Below, in pieces: positions 44,300 through 54,398 of a DNA stretch of 59,854 bases (position 1 is its first letter; each line of letters starts with the position of its first letter). The stretch covers positions 1 to 59,854 of the forward strand of contig JBNKCR010000051.1 in assembly GCA_050287845.1 (NCBI GenBank), written 5' to 3'. The position numbers and the translations under genes were made by a program. The notes under the pieces were generated by a model that saw nothing but the letters and a program-made list of their open reading frames with translations, searched no databases and was not told where the DNA came from. The DNA comes from Polyangia bacterium. Lineage in GTDB: Bacteria > Myxococcota_A > Polyangia > JAAYKL01.

Positions 44300-45922
44300 T
44301 TAAAAACGATAATAAAACAAAGCGGTGTCATTCTGACCCACAGCGAACCCGGCCCGGAAAGAATTGCCCTTTTTCCGATTTCTATTCCCTCTCCGAATCA
44401 ATGCGCTGCCTACTGCGATGCCAAGTGCAGTAATGCCAAGTCCTCCCCAGAACAGCCCGCTATACCGTTCGTAATCGTCCCTGGCAGAAAGGGATTCTCT
44501 GTGATAGTTGGTACGGTCAAACGCTTTTTTGGCTCTGGCGGCCAGAATACCGGACACCACCGCTCCACCCAGCGCTGCCGCTGCGAAAATAAGTGTCGTT
44601 TTTCCGGCTACAACGCGATTGTTTTTTTTGGAGCCGGTATCAGAATCATCTTGCAGGGATGCTGGCAATAACATGGGGCGTGCATCAAATCTGACACTGG
44701 TCAGTGCCACGCTGTCAATAAATCCATTGTAGTATCGTTTGCCATATTCATTCAGGAATAATCCTTTCTGAAGATCTTCATTCAGTCGCCCCCGGTCCGT
44801 CAGTTTTTCCTTTGAATAATGAAGCTCATTCACATTAATTGAATCGCCGGACTCCGTATTCACTCTGGCGTATTGATCGTTGGCATACACATACGCCACC
44901 CGCCCCGCCGGGATGGCCACATTCATTCGCGTTTTATCCTCCAGGTGGGCATCGAGATATCGCTCTCCGTGATCCAGCTCAATGAAAAAATGACCGAGCG
45001 TGGACGGGTTTCCGGTCAGGAATGCAACGCGGGCAAATGTGGACAAATCCACGATTGGCACGTTGCGATTTCTCGGTGGTGGCGATCCGATGATTTTCAT
45101 CCGGTTTCTGATGTCGCTGACGTTTCGGTTTGCACTTGAAACAAACGCGACAATTTCGCTGTATTCAATTTTGCCATCTCCATTGACATCTGCTGCGCCA
45201 GACAATCCCGAAATGACTTCATGGGTGAATATGCCGGATTCAATGGTGGACCACTCGTGAGTGACGCCGTTATCAGATGATGCGATGACTGTGCCGAACC
45301 CGGGGAGTGAATCCCTTGCCGGCCCCATTATCTTATTTATATCATCTTCCGATAACCTTATTCTTTTGCCGGAAGTTTCGTTGTCGAACTGACCTCGAAA
45401 CCCCACAACGCCACCCGCGTGGCACGCATCCACAAACAGGTGGGTGTAATCGGCATTTATCTCCGTAATGGCATCGTACAGTACCTGATGCGAGATTTTT
45501 CCGCCAATGAGTGACAGATAGGCATCGCCATTATTATCATGGTCCCCATGGCCACTGAAGGTCATGTAAAAGACCACTTCATGACCCGCCTGTTTCGCCG
45601 CGTGAACCTTGCGGGAAATTCGAGTTATTTCTCTTTTCAGATTTTCCGGCGTCGGTAACACCGCCCGGGTGGATATTTCCGGATAACGGGATTGGGTTCG
45701 CGCATCCGGTAATGTCATCAGTCGTGTCATTTCTGTGAAATGGGAAAAAAAACGAAAGAATCGGACTGCATCGTCATCAGCGAATTTCAGTGTTTCCAGA
45801 GACGAATCCGGTGGGGGAGAATTGTTTCCAAGAACCAGTGCGAAAGTTTTTGTTTCGGCATGGACGTTTCCTGCCACCAGGATAGACAGGATAGAAAGAA
45901 AAAGGACTCCGGGATTTTTCAA
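44300..45922 (-). CDS. Secreted/membrane-anchored caspase-family (peptidase C14) protein
   Basis: Signal peptide, FALVLGNN, LKFADDDA, FSGHG and DACH catalytic dyad, GIFTH....GLSGAADVNGDG, two C-terminal hydrophobic segments. Confidence 0.9.
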   Translation of the reverse strand: MKNPGVLFLSILSILVAGNVHAETKTFALVLGNNSPPPDSSLETLKFADDDAVRFFRFFSHFTEMTRLMTLPDARTQSRYPEISTRAVLPTPENLKREITRISRKVHAAKQAGHEVVFYMTFSGHGDHDNNGDAYLSLIGGKISHQVLYDAITEINADYTHLFVDACHAGGVVGFRGQFDNETSGKRIRLSEDDINKIMGPARDSLPGFGTVIASSDNGVTHEWSTIESGIFTHEVISGLSGAADVNGDGKIEYSEIVAFVSSANRNVSDIRNRMKIIGSPPPRNRNVPIVDLSTFARVAFLTGNPSTLGHFFIELDHGERYLDAHLEDKTRMNVAIPAGRVAYVYANDQYARVNTESGDSINVNELHYSKEKLTDRGRLNEDLQKGLFLNEYGKRYYNGFIDSVALTSVRFDARPMLLPASLQDDSDTGSKKNNRVVAGKTTLIFAAAALGGAVVSGILAARAKKAFDRTNYHRESLSARDDYERYSGLFWGGLGITALGIAVGSALIRRGNRNRKKGNSFRAGFAVGQNDTALFYYRF

Positions 45923-45928
45923 TGTGTT

Positions 45929-46600
45929 TTAACCTTCTATGTTGAACATGGATTTGACTATATCGGCGTTGTGACTGTCGAACTCACCCTGTTCATTGAA
46001 CAGTCCTCGGATATCGGCCGCACTTAAGGGATTATCTGAAAAAATCGAAATCAGTTCGTAGGTGCCGGGAGCGTGCTCTTCCCCGATGGTGATTCCCTCC
46101 TCCAGCAAGATTGTGTCTCCGCTGCTGCTCAATCGCAGACTGCGTTCGTTTTCGGTGGCCGGGAAATACCACACCACCGCACCGGATTTCTGATGTCGGG
46201 AAAATGCTGAAAAATATTGTCGGGTACCTGACGGGGTGACTCTGAATGTCATTGTATCGCTCCGGTGACACATGCCCGGGTTCTGCGTACCGGTGCAGAT
46301 CAGGGTTACGCCACCGACGGATGCCGTGCCGCGGGGAGTGAAGGTTCCCATTTTCCTCCCGGTAGTCGCCGAGCTGAATTCAGTCGCCATCCAGCCGCCA
46401 ATTGCCAACACGCCCACTAGCGCCAAAGATATTGCTGCCCAACGGAAAACCGGGTGATGCACGACCACGGAAAACCCCTTTCGCTCGGCTCTACGAGTGG
46501 CGGCAAACACGTTGTCAAAAATTTCTTCATGCTCCTGTACCGTTACACCGGCGTGTTCGGCGTACAGACGAAAAGAATCCTGGTAATCTTTATCTGCCAA
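45929..46600 (-). CDS. Single-TM putative anti-sigma partner (DUF4384/ActD-like periplasmic domain)
   Basis: Directly follows ECF gene; one TM, F.PRG, VVWYFP, IFSDNPL; TTG after AGGAG. Confidence 0.6.
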   Translation of the reverse strand: MADKDYQDSFRLYAEHAGVTVQEHEEIFDNVFAATRRAERKGFSVVVHHPVFRWAAISLALVGVLAIGGWMATEFSSATTGRKMGTFTPRGTASVGGVTLICTGTQNPGMCHRSDTMTFRVTPSGTRQYFSAFSRHQKSGAVVWYFPATENERSLRLSSSGDTILLEEGITIGEEHAPGTYELISIFSDNPLSAADIRGLFNEQGEFDSHNADIVKSMFNIEG

Positions 46601-46612
46601 AATACAATTCTC

Positions 46613-47326
46613 CTACACTGTTGATACTGAGATTTTATTCAGATTGGTTGTGACTTCCTCATTTTTTCCTCCGATGGAGAGATTTCGTTCTTCAAGGTAT
46701 TGTTTCAGCCCTTTCCCCAACTGTTTCTCCATATGACGAGCCTTTCCTCTGGATATATCGAGTTTGCGCGCCACCTCCAGCAACGAAAACTCCTGTCGGT
46801 AACGCATGTCGATGAATCGTTTCTCTTTTTCCGAAAGGCCGGTCACGTACACCCGCATTGCCCGGATGCAACGCTGCCAGTTCAACACTTCCTCGGGGGA
46901 GCCAGGTACGGGATCGCCATAATCCGCCGAGGTTGCCTGCTCTTCACAAATCTGATTCACATCTGTTTCGGTGCAGTAGTGCGCCAGTGCATCATTGGGT
47001 CGTGAGCGAATGTAGTCCACGACCACGTTCCTTGCCAGTGTGAGCAGATAGTTTCTGTAGGATCGGAGACCGTCGTATGACTGACGTGCATTTTTTGAAA
47101 ATGCACGAAGGAACACTTCCTGTATCAGTTCGAGACGGAAATCCGTATCCATGGATAATTGAATACGGGAATATTTCCCGGTTTTTCGACTGATCCAGCC
47201 CGTGGCAATGAATCGCTCAATGTCCCGGCAATAATGTCGATACACCGCATGCAACGCCTCTTTTTTTCCTTGCCGGAATTCAGCCAGTAATTCTCGGTTC
47301 TGTTGCAAAATGGTCATGATGATCAC
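46613..47326 (-). CDS. ECF sigma-70 factor
   Basis: ELIQEVFLRAFS..ARQSYDG, YLLTLARNVVVD, SLLEVARKLDISR. Confidence 0.85.
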   Translation of the reverse strand: MIIMTILQQNRELLAEFRQGKKEALHAVYRHYCRDIERFIATGWISRKTGKYSRIQLSMDTDFRLELIQEVFLRAFSKNARQSYDGLRSYRNYLLTLARNVVVDYIRSRPNDALAHYCTETDVNQICEEQATSADYGDPVPGSPEEVLNWQRCIRAMRVYVTGLSEKEKRFIDMRYRQEFSLLEVARKLDISRGKARHMEKQLGKGLKQYLEERNLSIGGKNEEVTTNLNKISVSTV

Positions 47327-47924
47327 TTTCCATGTAGAGGTTCTGTGTCGAGAATGGATTCAAATGAAGCCAGGTGTCTTGAGAAAATCGGATCAATGGA
47401 TTCACCTTTCCACAGTGTGGGTTGCCGCTTCTGGCGAATGGACCAGGCAGATCGTCGTCAGAAACTGCAGAAAATTGTACGTGCAGAAAAAGTACTCGAA
47501 TTCTCTCTCTCGTTTCAATAATTTTTTCTCATATATTAAGGACCGGTATGCCACTGGTCCGTGAAACTCAGAATAGTGTGAAACATTTTCCAGGACGTAT
47601 CCGAACGGCGGCGCAGTGATGCGTGCTGGTGTGCATCGGGGCTATTTCACACGCACTTTCAGCTCCAGTGGTTTTCCGCTTTTTGGAAGCGTTTGGGAAT
47701 GGCTTTTTTTTTTGGCTTGAACTGCTTGCGGGCCACGGCTTCGAGATTTTTTTCACCGAACAGATCGATGTAGCAGATGTGTTATCTCCATTGAGGAAGA
47801 CGTGACGCCAGGAGATGCCCAGAATCTTCCGCCCGTCCAGTTTGTCTCCCTGCCGGTACTCTGGTGAATATTTTATCTGGCGAGATGGACATCTTCTGCA
47901 TTTCCCTGTGCATTCTCCGGGCAA

Positions 47925-49508
47925 CTACATGGTTGCGCAATTGCCTTTTTCGCCTTCTTCCGCTGTGTATCCAAGACGGCGCAGCCTCTCGAGAAGCGTT
48001 TCATCCAGTTCGATTTCGACCTGCTCATTCACCGGGGATTTTTGATTCAATCTTTGGGTAATGACCTCGAGGCGATCTTTGAGATGTGCAAGCATCCGGG
48101 TTCTCGCGCTGCTGATGTCGTGGTGCTCTCCCGGGTCGGTTCTGTGAAAATACAGTTCGAAATGTTTGTTGTATCTGTTGATGAGCTTCCATTGGTCCAG
48201 CATCAGTGCCGTCACATGTAAATCGCGAATCTTTGAATAGATGCGATGGGCAAACAGGGCCCGGTGCGACAGCTGGCTCGCTTTTTTTCCGTGGTCGTTG
48301 CGGCGCAGCAGCGGCACCAGGCTTGTTCCCTCAAAATAGTCCGGGCGGGGTTGGCCCACCAGGTTCAGGAGGGTGGGCAAAAGGTCGATATGGCTCACAT
48401 TCACGATTTCTTTTTTGCTGACAATGCCCCCACTGGGCCAGCGGTACATCAACAGGACACGAACCAGCTCCTGATACAGTTTCGGGCCGTGTTCCGTGCC
48501 TCCGTGATCCATGAATTCCTCGCCGTGGTCCGAGAGCACTATCAGCAGGGTGTTGTCGTCAACGTTCAGCAGCTTCAGCATCTGTTGTACATGGCTATCC
48601 ACATAGCCAATTTCGCTGCGATATCGGCCGGCATCGTCATGGGCGGGATCGCCTCCGGCATAGTAGGGACGACGCACTTCGTATGGGGCATGGGCATCGT
48701 TCAGGTGCAGGTAAACAAATGATTTGTCGGCAGCATTAATTTCGGGCGCCCAATGTTTGAGCTCCTCTTCCACCACTTCCGCCGGGCCCCGGTTGTATGG
48801 GATGTATTTGAATTTATTGAATCCCCGGTTGAAGCCGAGATTTTTACTGATGTTGATGTTGGTGGAGATGCCATAGGTCCGGTATCCCAGTTGCTGAAGC
48901 ATTTCCGTGAGTATTTTTCGATTGTCCGGGAGTCTGGCGAGTTCCAGCTCCACGTCTTCATCATTTTCGAACTTTTTAATGAATGATCGCTGGGCTTTGA
49001 AGCCATATTGAATACCGTGCCCCTGGGGGTACAGGGAAGTGAAGACGGATGCGGTGGAAGGCGCGGTCCAGGACGATGTGGAAAAGGCGCGGGTGAACAC
49101 CATGGCATCCTCGCTCAACTTTGCCAGGTTGGGAGCGGTCTCCGGTGTATTTCCATCCACAAACCCCAGATAATCGGGTCGAAGTGCATCCAGCAGAATC
49201 ATCACAATTTTTTTTGGCGAGGCAAATGGTTGGGACGCGGATGTCCGGGGTTCTGCATCGGTGTCCGGCTGCTGGGAATTGGAGGCTTTGTGCGCTGTAG
49301 ATGCAGTCGGTTTGGTATCGGTTGTTTGGCGGGACTCGGGGCCACACCCCATAAGAAAGAGGAATATCGGGGTTAGAATAATTGGTGTCCGTGATATCTG
49401 TGGGGGAACGAGTAAAAAGAGAGTTGTTCGGTTGTACTTGAAAGGGATGAATTTGTTTTGTGTAATTAAATTTAGCATACTAAACAAAATGGTAGTACGC
49501 TGATGCAA
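47925..49508 (-). CDS. Sulfatase-like hydrolase lipoprotein (start uncertain)
   Basis: ILLDALRPD, SSWTAPS.AS.FTSLYP..HG, H..D.HAPY, LSDHGEEF.DHG..HG, DLLPT, LRRLGY. Confidence 0.88.
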   Translation of the reverse strand: MHQRTTILFSMLNLITQNKFIPFKYNRTTLFLLVPPQISRTPIILTPIFLFLMGCGPESRQTTDTKPTASTAHKASNSQQPDTDAEPRTSASQPFASPKKIVMILLDALRPDYLGFVDGNTPETAPNLAKLSEDAMVFTRAFSTSSWTAPSTASVFTSLYPQGHGIQYGFKAQRSFIKKFENDEDVELELARLPDNRKILTEMLQQLGYRTYGISTNINISKNLGFNRGFNKFKYIPYNRGPAEVVEEELKHWAPEINAADKSFVYLHLNDAHAPYEVRRPYYAGGDPAHDDAGRYRSEIGYVDSHVQQMLKLLNVDDNTLLIVLSDHGEEFMDHGGTEHGPKLYQELVRVLLMYRWPSGGIVSKKEIVNVSHIDLLPTLLNLVGQPRPDYFEGTSLVPLLRRNDHGKKASQLSHRALFAHRIYSKIRDLHVTALMLDQWKLINRYNKHFELYFHRTDPGEHHDISSARTRMLAHLKDRLEVITQRLNQKSPVNEQVEIELDETLLERLRRLGYTAEEGEKGNCATM

Positions 49509-49617
49509 ATTGTCAAGGGTAGGAATGTCAGCAATGGAGACATGAATATCGGCCGGGATTCAGAACCATGAAAAATTAACCCGGGAGGGCAATTCGGGAG
49601 AATATCGGAAAACTGTA

Positions 49618-50958
49618 CTAAGGAAGTGCGCTTTCCGTACTTCCCCAGGGTTTGTGAAGACGATTGTAAATCAGCTGTCCCCAACCTTTGCTGGGGGTAA
49701 TCGTCACATTCGTTTCACAGTTGTTGCTGGCGGTAATCAGCGGGTTGCCGCAGTTGGTATGAAACGTCCAGGCGAGCCACGGAACGTCCAGTTTTTCTGC
49801 TTCCATGGACAATTTGTCGCAGTCCTGTAAAGAGAGTGTATCCCAGGACTCATACAACTCTGCAAATTCTCCGATAATGACCGGAAGTTTCCGGGATGGA
49901 ATTTCCCATCGTTTCTCCCATTTGTCGCCATCGTTCCCATAATACACATGCACTTCATATGCGATATTCTTCCCCCCGTCGGCGGTAATCGGGTGGTTGA
50001 CATAGTACTGCAGGAATTTGGCATATGCCCGGGTGCCCTGCACCGTGATGATGTGCCGGGGGCTGCCCACTCGAGCTTCCACCGCGCGGATGGCCGCGAC
50101 GGTATTGTTCATGCTCTCCCACACTTCCACGTCATTGGCGTCTATCTCCACATCATCCGTGGAATGCTTGCCTCGCGGTTCGTTTACAAGGCCAAACATG
50201 ACATACGGATACTTTGCCAGCTTTTCAGTGAGATGCTCCCAGATAGGAGTCACCGCCGGGTGGGGGATACGAAGTGGGTGTGTATCCACCGTCGTGTCCC
50301 ACCATAGCGACACCAGCACATATACCCCGGTCTTTTTCCCGATGTGCTCCACAATCTCGATAACATCCTGCATGTATTTGGCGTCGTTTACCGCATTACT
50401 CTTTGCCTCATGGCTCTCCAGACACAGCCTGAGGAAATTGGCGCCCCAGATATCCACCACTTCATCAATGCGGCGTTTCACTCCATTCACGTTGGGGGAC
50501 CAGCAAGCGCCGCAGCTTCTGGTGTCGTGGACGTTGGCGCCCCGGCCGCGAAACACCGAGCCATCCTCATAAACAATTTTATTTCCTTTGGTGCTCAGCC
50601 ACCCTTTTCCCGGGGGAATCTTTACGTTGTTGTTGCTGGATTTGGGGGAGATGGCTGCGCCGGCGCCGGTGCTCGGCTTTCCTTTGACGTCCGCGCGAGC
50701 CGTGGGGGGAGCCGCGACCCCGGCGTTTCCGGCTGCGGTTGTATTGGTTGCCGCTGGATTGACGCACGAATTGCTGCCCGCACAGCCCGGGTCGTTACAG
50801 TCGAAGAGGCCATCCCGATTGTTATCTGCCTTGTCTTCACACTCCCCCGGATCGTCTCCTTCAAACGCATACGGGCCCTGATTGCAGGAGCGCAAACCGC
50901 AACATCCCACACTCGCCGCCAATAACGACATGGTCAACAGTAGAACCAATTTTTTCAT
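49618..50958 (-). CDS. GH5 family glycoside hydrolase lipoprotein
   Basis: L.TKGNKIV..DG..FRGRGAN, NEP acid/base, YEVHVY, PVIIGEF nucleophile, WLAW. Confidence 0.88.
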   Translation of the reverse strand: MKKLVLLLTMSLLAASVGCCGLRSCNQGPYAFEGDDPGECEDKADNNRDGLFDCNDPGCAGSNSCVNPAATNTTAAGNAGVAAPPTARADVKGKPSTGAGAAISPKSSNNNVKIPPGKGWLSTKGNKIVYEDGSVFRGRGANVHDTRSCGACWSPNVNGVKRRIDEVVDIWGANFLRLCLESHEAKSNAVNDAKYMQDVIEIVEHIGKKTGVYVLVSLWWDTTVDTHPLRIPHPAVTPIWEHLTEKLAKYPYVMFGLVNEPRGKHSTDDVEIDANDVEVWESMNNTVAAIRAVEARVGSPRHIITVQGTRAYAKFLQYYVNHPITADGGKNIAYEVHVYYGNDGDKWEKRWEIPSRKLPVIIGEFAELYESWDTLSLQDCDKLSMEAEKLDVPWLAWTFHTNCGNPLITASNNCETNVTITPSKGWGQLIYNRLHKPWGSTESALP

Positions 50959-51194
50959 TTCGTTTCCTTTGCTATGTGCATATGGGAAGGATAATTCATA
51001 TTGTTTATCTCCCCCGGGGCGTTACCGCCGTTCTGTGGTTTCACTTTATTTATATAAGGGAGATAATAGTGGCCATTGGAATAAAAATATACTCAAAAAA
51101 ATGGACCCCGGTTGGGGGGCCGACCGCGAATCGAACCGGGAATCCGGAATTGACGTGTCGGCAAAGCGTCAGATGGGCACCATTTAAATGTCTG

Positions 51195-52730
51195 TTACTT
51201 CCGTACACAGCGGACGTAAACATTGTACCCCTTGTCGTTGGCGAACACGTTGCCGGTACTGAAGCTTACGTACCACGCCTTCTCACCGAGGGCGTCACCG
51301 GATGACGACCAGTAGTAATTGTTTACCGTTGCTGGAAAAACGCTCGAATCTATCGAAGTGGCCGCCTTCTGGTTGTCTGCAATGCTGCGTAATTCAGTAA
51401 CGTTCGGCAGTCGCCAGTCATTGTAGTTCCCCCATGTGGATTTGACGCAATACGCCAGCGCCTCCTGCCAGGTCATGTCCGTAGCGGCGCCATCACAATT
51501 GTCACCGCGCTTGCCCGCAGTGCACCCATGCCATACGAGCCCGGTCGCATTGTCGGTCACCACTGCTTCATACATAGTGGAGGTATCCCTGACGAATCGG
51601 CTGGCCCGGTCCACAGGCTCGCTCCGCACACAGCGGACGTAGTATGCGCTGCCCACATCATCGGTATCCACGTCACCGCGATTGAAACTCACACGCCAGG
51701 CGGAATTTGCGCTGTTGACACTGGACGACGATGTCCAATAGAAACTCTCCACCGTTTCGGGAAAGGCGATTTCATCGATGGCGGGTGTCTGGGCGCCATA
51801 GTTTACAATGGACTGCAGGGCAAATTCATCGGGCAGGCGCCAATCGCGGTATCCGCCCCAGTTGAGGGTATCGCAATAGTTCAGCGCTTCGGTCCATGTC
51901 ATTCGCTGGCTTTCAACACTTGCATCTGTCATTTCACAGTTATCGCCCTTCAATCCTGCTTGACATCCCTGCCAGCTGAGTTCCGTCACCATATCCTCGA
52001 CCACCGGCTCAACCTGGGCATCCAGATTACGGATGTAACGGAGGTCACCCGGGGCGTGGTTGATATCCCAGCCGTATTGGGCGTCCTGACCATAAAATTC
52101 GTCCTCTTCAGCGGCGGGACAGTCCGAGAGGGTACCCGTTCCATTGAAACAGACGAGCTGCCCTGTATCGGCAAGGGAAAAGTATGGCCCAGGCACATTG
52201 CAGTCAGCCGTACCGCAGCCGGGGGATTGGCACACGCCTTTAATGCAGATGTCGTAGTCCCGGTCGTTGGGAGTTGTTTTCACCAGACATGGGGTGAAAT
52301 CATCCAGTCCTGTGCAATCAGAGGGCAGTGTGTCATCAGTGTCCTGCGGGGTATCGGTATCTTCAGTGTCCTGCGGGGTGTCGGTATCTCCAGTGTCCTG
52401 AGGGGTGTCGGTATCCTCCGTATTGGTAGAAGTATCCGTTCCGTTATCTGTTCCGGTGTCCGTCGCAGTATCCGACGACGTGCCTGTATCTGTGTCATCC
52501 CCGGTATCCTGGCCGGTGTCCGATGCCGATTGGGTATCCGTTCCATCGTCCGAGGTGGTATCTGTGGACGTGGTTGCCGTGGTCGAGTCGGCGTCTTCTG
52601 TGTCTGTTCCGTCTGAATCTGAAGGATACTCGCCATTTTCCCTGTGTTCCACGATGGCTGTACACCCCATCCACCGCAGACAAATCATCCAATAAGTCAT
52701 CCACACTGCGATTCGCTTTACTCGTTGCAT
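51195..52730 (-). CDS. DUF1566 (Lcl) double-domain lipoprotein
   Basis: DTGQ..C, GQDAQY, two D..TGL.W / W.EAL.YC / DWRLP / YW.SS / VRCVR units; TAATG overlap with upstream gene. Confidence 0.9.
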   Translation of the reverse strand: MQRVKRIAVWMTYWMICLRWMGCTAIVEHRENGEYPSDSDGTDTEDADSTTATTSTDTTSDDGTDTQSASDTGQDTGDDTDTGTSSDTATDTGTDNGTDTSTNTEDTDTPQDTGDTDTPQDTEDTDTPQDTDDTLPSDCTGLDDFTPCLVKTTPNDRDYDICIKGVCQSPGCGTADCNVPGPYFSLADTGQLVCFNGTGTLSDCPAAEEDEFYGQDAQYGWDINHAPGDLRYIRNLDAQVEPVVEDMVTELSWQGCQAGLKGDNCEMTDASVESQRMTWTEALNYCDTLNWGGYRDWRLPDEFALQSIVNYGAQTPAIDEIAFPETVESFYWTSSSSVNSANSAWRVSFNRGDVDTDDVGSAYYVRCVRSEPVDRASRFVRDTSTMYEAVVTDNATGLVWHGCTAGKRGDNCDGAATDMTWQEALAYCVKSTWGNYNDWRLPNVTELRSIADNQKAATSIDSSVFPATVNNYYWSSSGDALGEKAWYVSFSTGNVFANDKGYNVYVRCVRK

Positions 52731-54004
52731 TAAAACTTCCCTCCCAACAGCACACCCACCGAATTCCAATGCACATGCGGTACTATTTGAACCAGACGAT
52801 CTTTTTTCTTTCTCTTTTTGCCAACAATAAGCAGCACCGCACCGGTGACCACTATCGCGGCTCCTGAAAACAGCAGCACATTGCTGGCCAGCGACAGATT
52901 GTCCACGCTGTTGTTTTTAGTGTGGAGGTTCGGCGGACAGATATCGTTCTCACACGGTTCATCCAGTTCGTTGCTGCGTTTGAGGGCTATCCCGCCCACC
53001 ACCAGACTTGCCGCGATGGCGGCGGCGCCGGTGATGAGGAGTACTACGCCCGTAGGGACCAGCTTTGAAGGAGCCGTTACAGGTGTTGTTGAAGCAGTGT
53101 TTTCTCCGGGGGGCATTGCTGTGGATTGTGTAACCGTCCTGTCCCCGGTGCCTGCGGGCGCCTCATTCTCTGAGACGACCCGTGCCTCATCTCCCGGTCG
53201 ACTCACATCGTCCTCATTCACGGTAATCGCGATGGACTGGCGTCCACTGACCTTCACTTTGCGGCGATACAGCTCACTGTTCCCGGAAACGACCTTCAGG
53301 TCGTGATCCACTCCCGCTGCCACCATCAATCGGCCGGAGAGCGGTGCCTGTCCCCGCTGCTCACCGTCAATGATTATCGCTGCCCCATCCGGCGCCACAA
53401 TGTCTACAAATCCGACCAGCCGCTGTAAACGATCGAGCTCGGCCTCCACCAATTTCTGACGCTCCAGCGTGATGTTTTCGGCGCCCAGCGCAAAGTACTG
53501 TTCAAACGCTTCCATGGCGCGGCCGTGCCGCCCCGCCGCCGCCTCGCTCTGCGCAATATTGTATAGAATCTTCCAGTGAGGATTCGTCTCGTAGGCCAGG
53601 CGAAACGCGGTCGCTGCCTCAAGGTACTTCTCCCGTTCAAACAACGTCGTGCCATCCTGATAGGCCTGACGACTTCGCAACTGTACCAGTTCAGCTTCCA
53701 CTTCTTTGCGCTGCGTTGCTTTAATTTTGTCTCCGCCATCCGCCAGATACTGTTCAAACGCCTCCACCGCGGGACCGTAATGATTGGCTTTTGCTTCGCA
53801 TTGCCCGATATTGTACAGTATCGTCCAATCGGATTTCTGCCGGTATGCCGTGCGATACCACTCGGACGCCCCCGTATAATCTCCCTGTTCAAGCAGTCTG
53901 GCGCCATTCAACAACGCCTGCCGCGCATCGCCTCCGGCGGCATGGGCCGACGGTGTTGCAACAACTGCAACCGCAATTGAAAAATACAATATGATGCTCC
54001 GCAT
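52730..54004 (-). CDS. TPR-repeat / PEGA-like membrane protein
   Basis: Signal peptide, two ILYNI.Q.E...G...A.EAFEQY units, GAAIIIDGEQRG.APL, C-terminal TMs. Confidence 0.8.
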   Translation of the reverse strand: MRSIILYFSIAVAVVATPSAHAAGGDARQALLNGARLLEQGDYTGASEWYRTAYRQKSDWTILYNIGQCEAKANHYGPAVEAFEQYLADGGDKIKATQRKEVEAELVQLRSRQAYQDGTTLFEREKYLEAATAFRLAYETNPHWKILYNIAQSEAAAGRHGRAMEAFEQYFALGAENITLERQKLVEAELDRLQRLVGFVDIVAPDGAAIIIDGEQRGQAPLSGRLMVAAGVDHDLKVVSGNSELYRRKVKVSGRQSIAITVNEDDVSRPGDEARVVSENEAPAGTGDRTVTQSTAMPPGENTASTTPVTAPSKLVPTGVVLLITGAAAIAASLVVGGIALKRSNELDEPCENDICPPNLHTKNNSVDNLSLASNVLLFSGAAIVVTGAVLLIVGKKRKKKDRLVQIVPHVHWNSVGVLLGGKF

Positions 54005-54255
54005 TCCTTTTCCCTTTGAATTTCAGTTTGAGGTGGACTCTACCTAAAATCAGCGGTTCCGTCCACGAGATAAACTGGCGTGAATCTGGTCAGTGTGAGC
54101 GAATAATAACAACATCAACCAGTTTCATGAACCGGGGGGGGCCGAAACCGGAACAAACGCGCTGGAGACACAATCGCCACGGTAGTTGGGTGACAGATGC
54201 GTTTTCCTCATGAAATCACAATCCGAGCTGGCAAGGGGGGAACCAGGGGGGGGAT

Positions 54256-54358
54256 TTCACACTGGAACACATCCGGACGACATCCCCCTTATTCTCTCGA
54301 CGAGGGGAAAAAAACACTCCCGACAACGGTGCGTTCAGATTTGTGACCAATCTTCAGG
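54256..54358 (+). repeat. Degenerate direct repeat, copy 1 (partner at 56402-56498)
   Basis: CTCGACGAGGGG..ACACT.CCG.CAACGGT..TTCAGATT.GTGA...ATCTTCAGG shared by both. Confidence 0.75.
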
Positions 54359-54398
54359 GTTCGGACAGACTCGTGGCAGTGGGGACTGGAAATGGATG

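Noticed and set aside
47690..47865. Possible GspC-like fragment on the minus strand (YRQGDKLDGRKILGISWRHVFL / CYIDLF)
   Set aside because: Resemblance too short and frameshifted to support without a search
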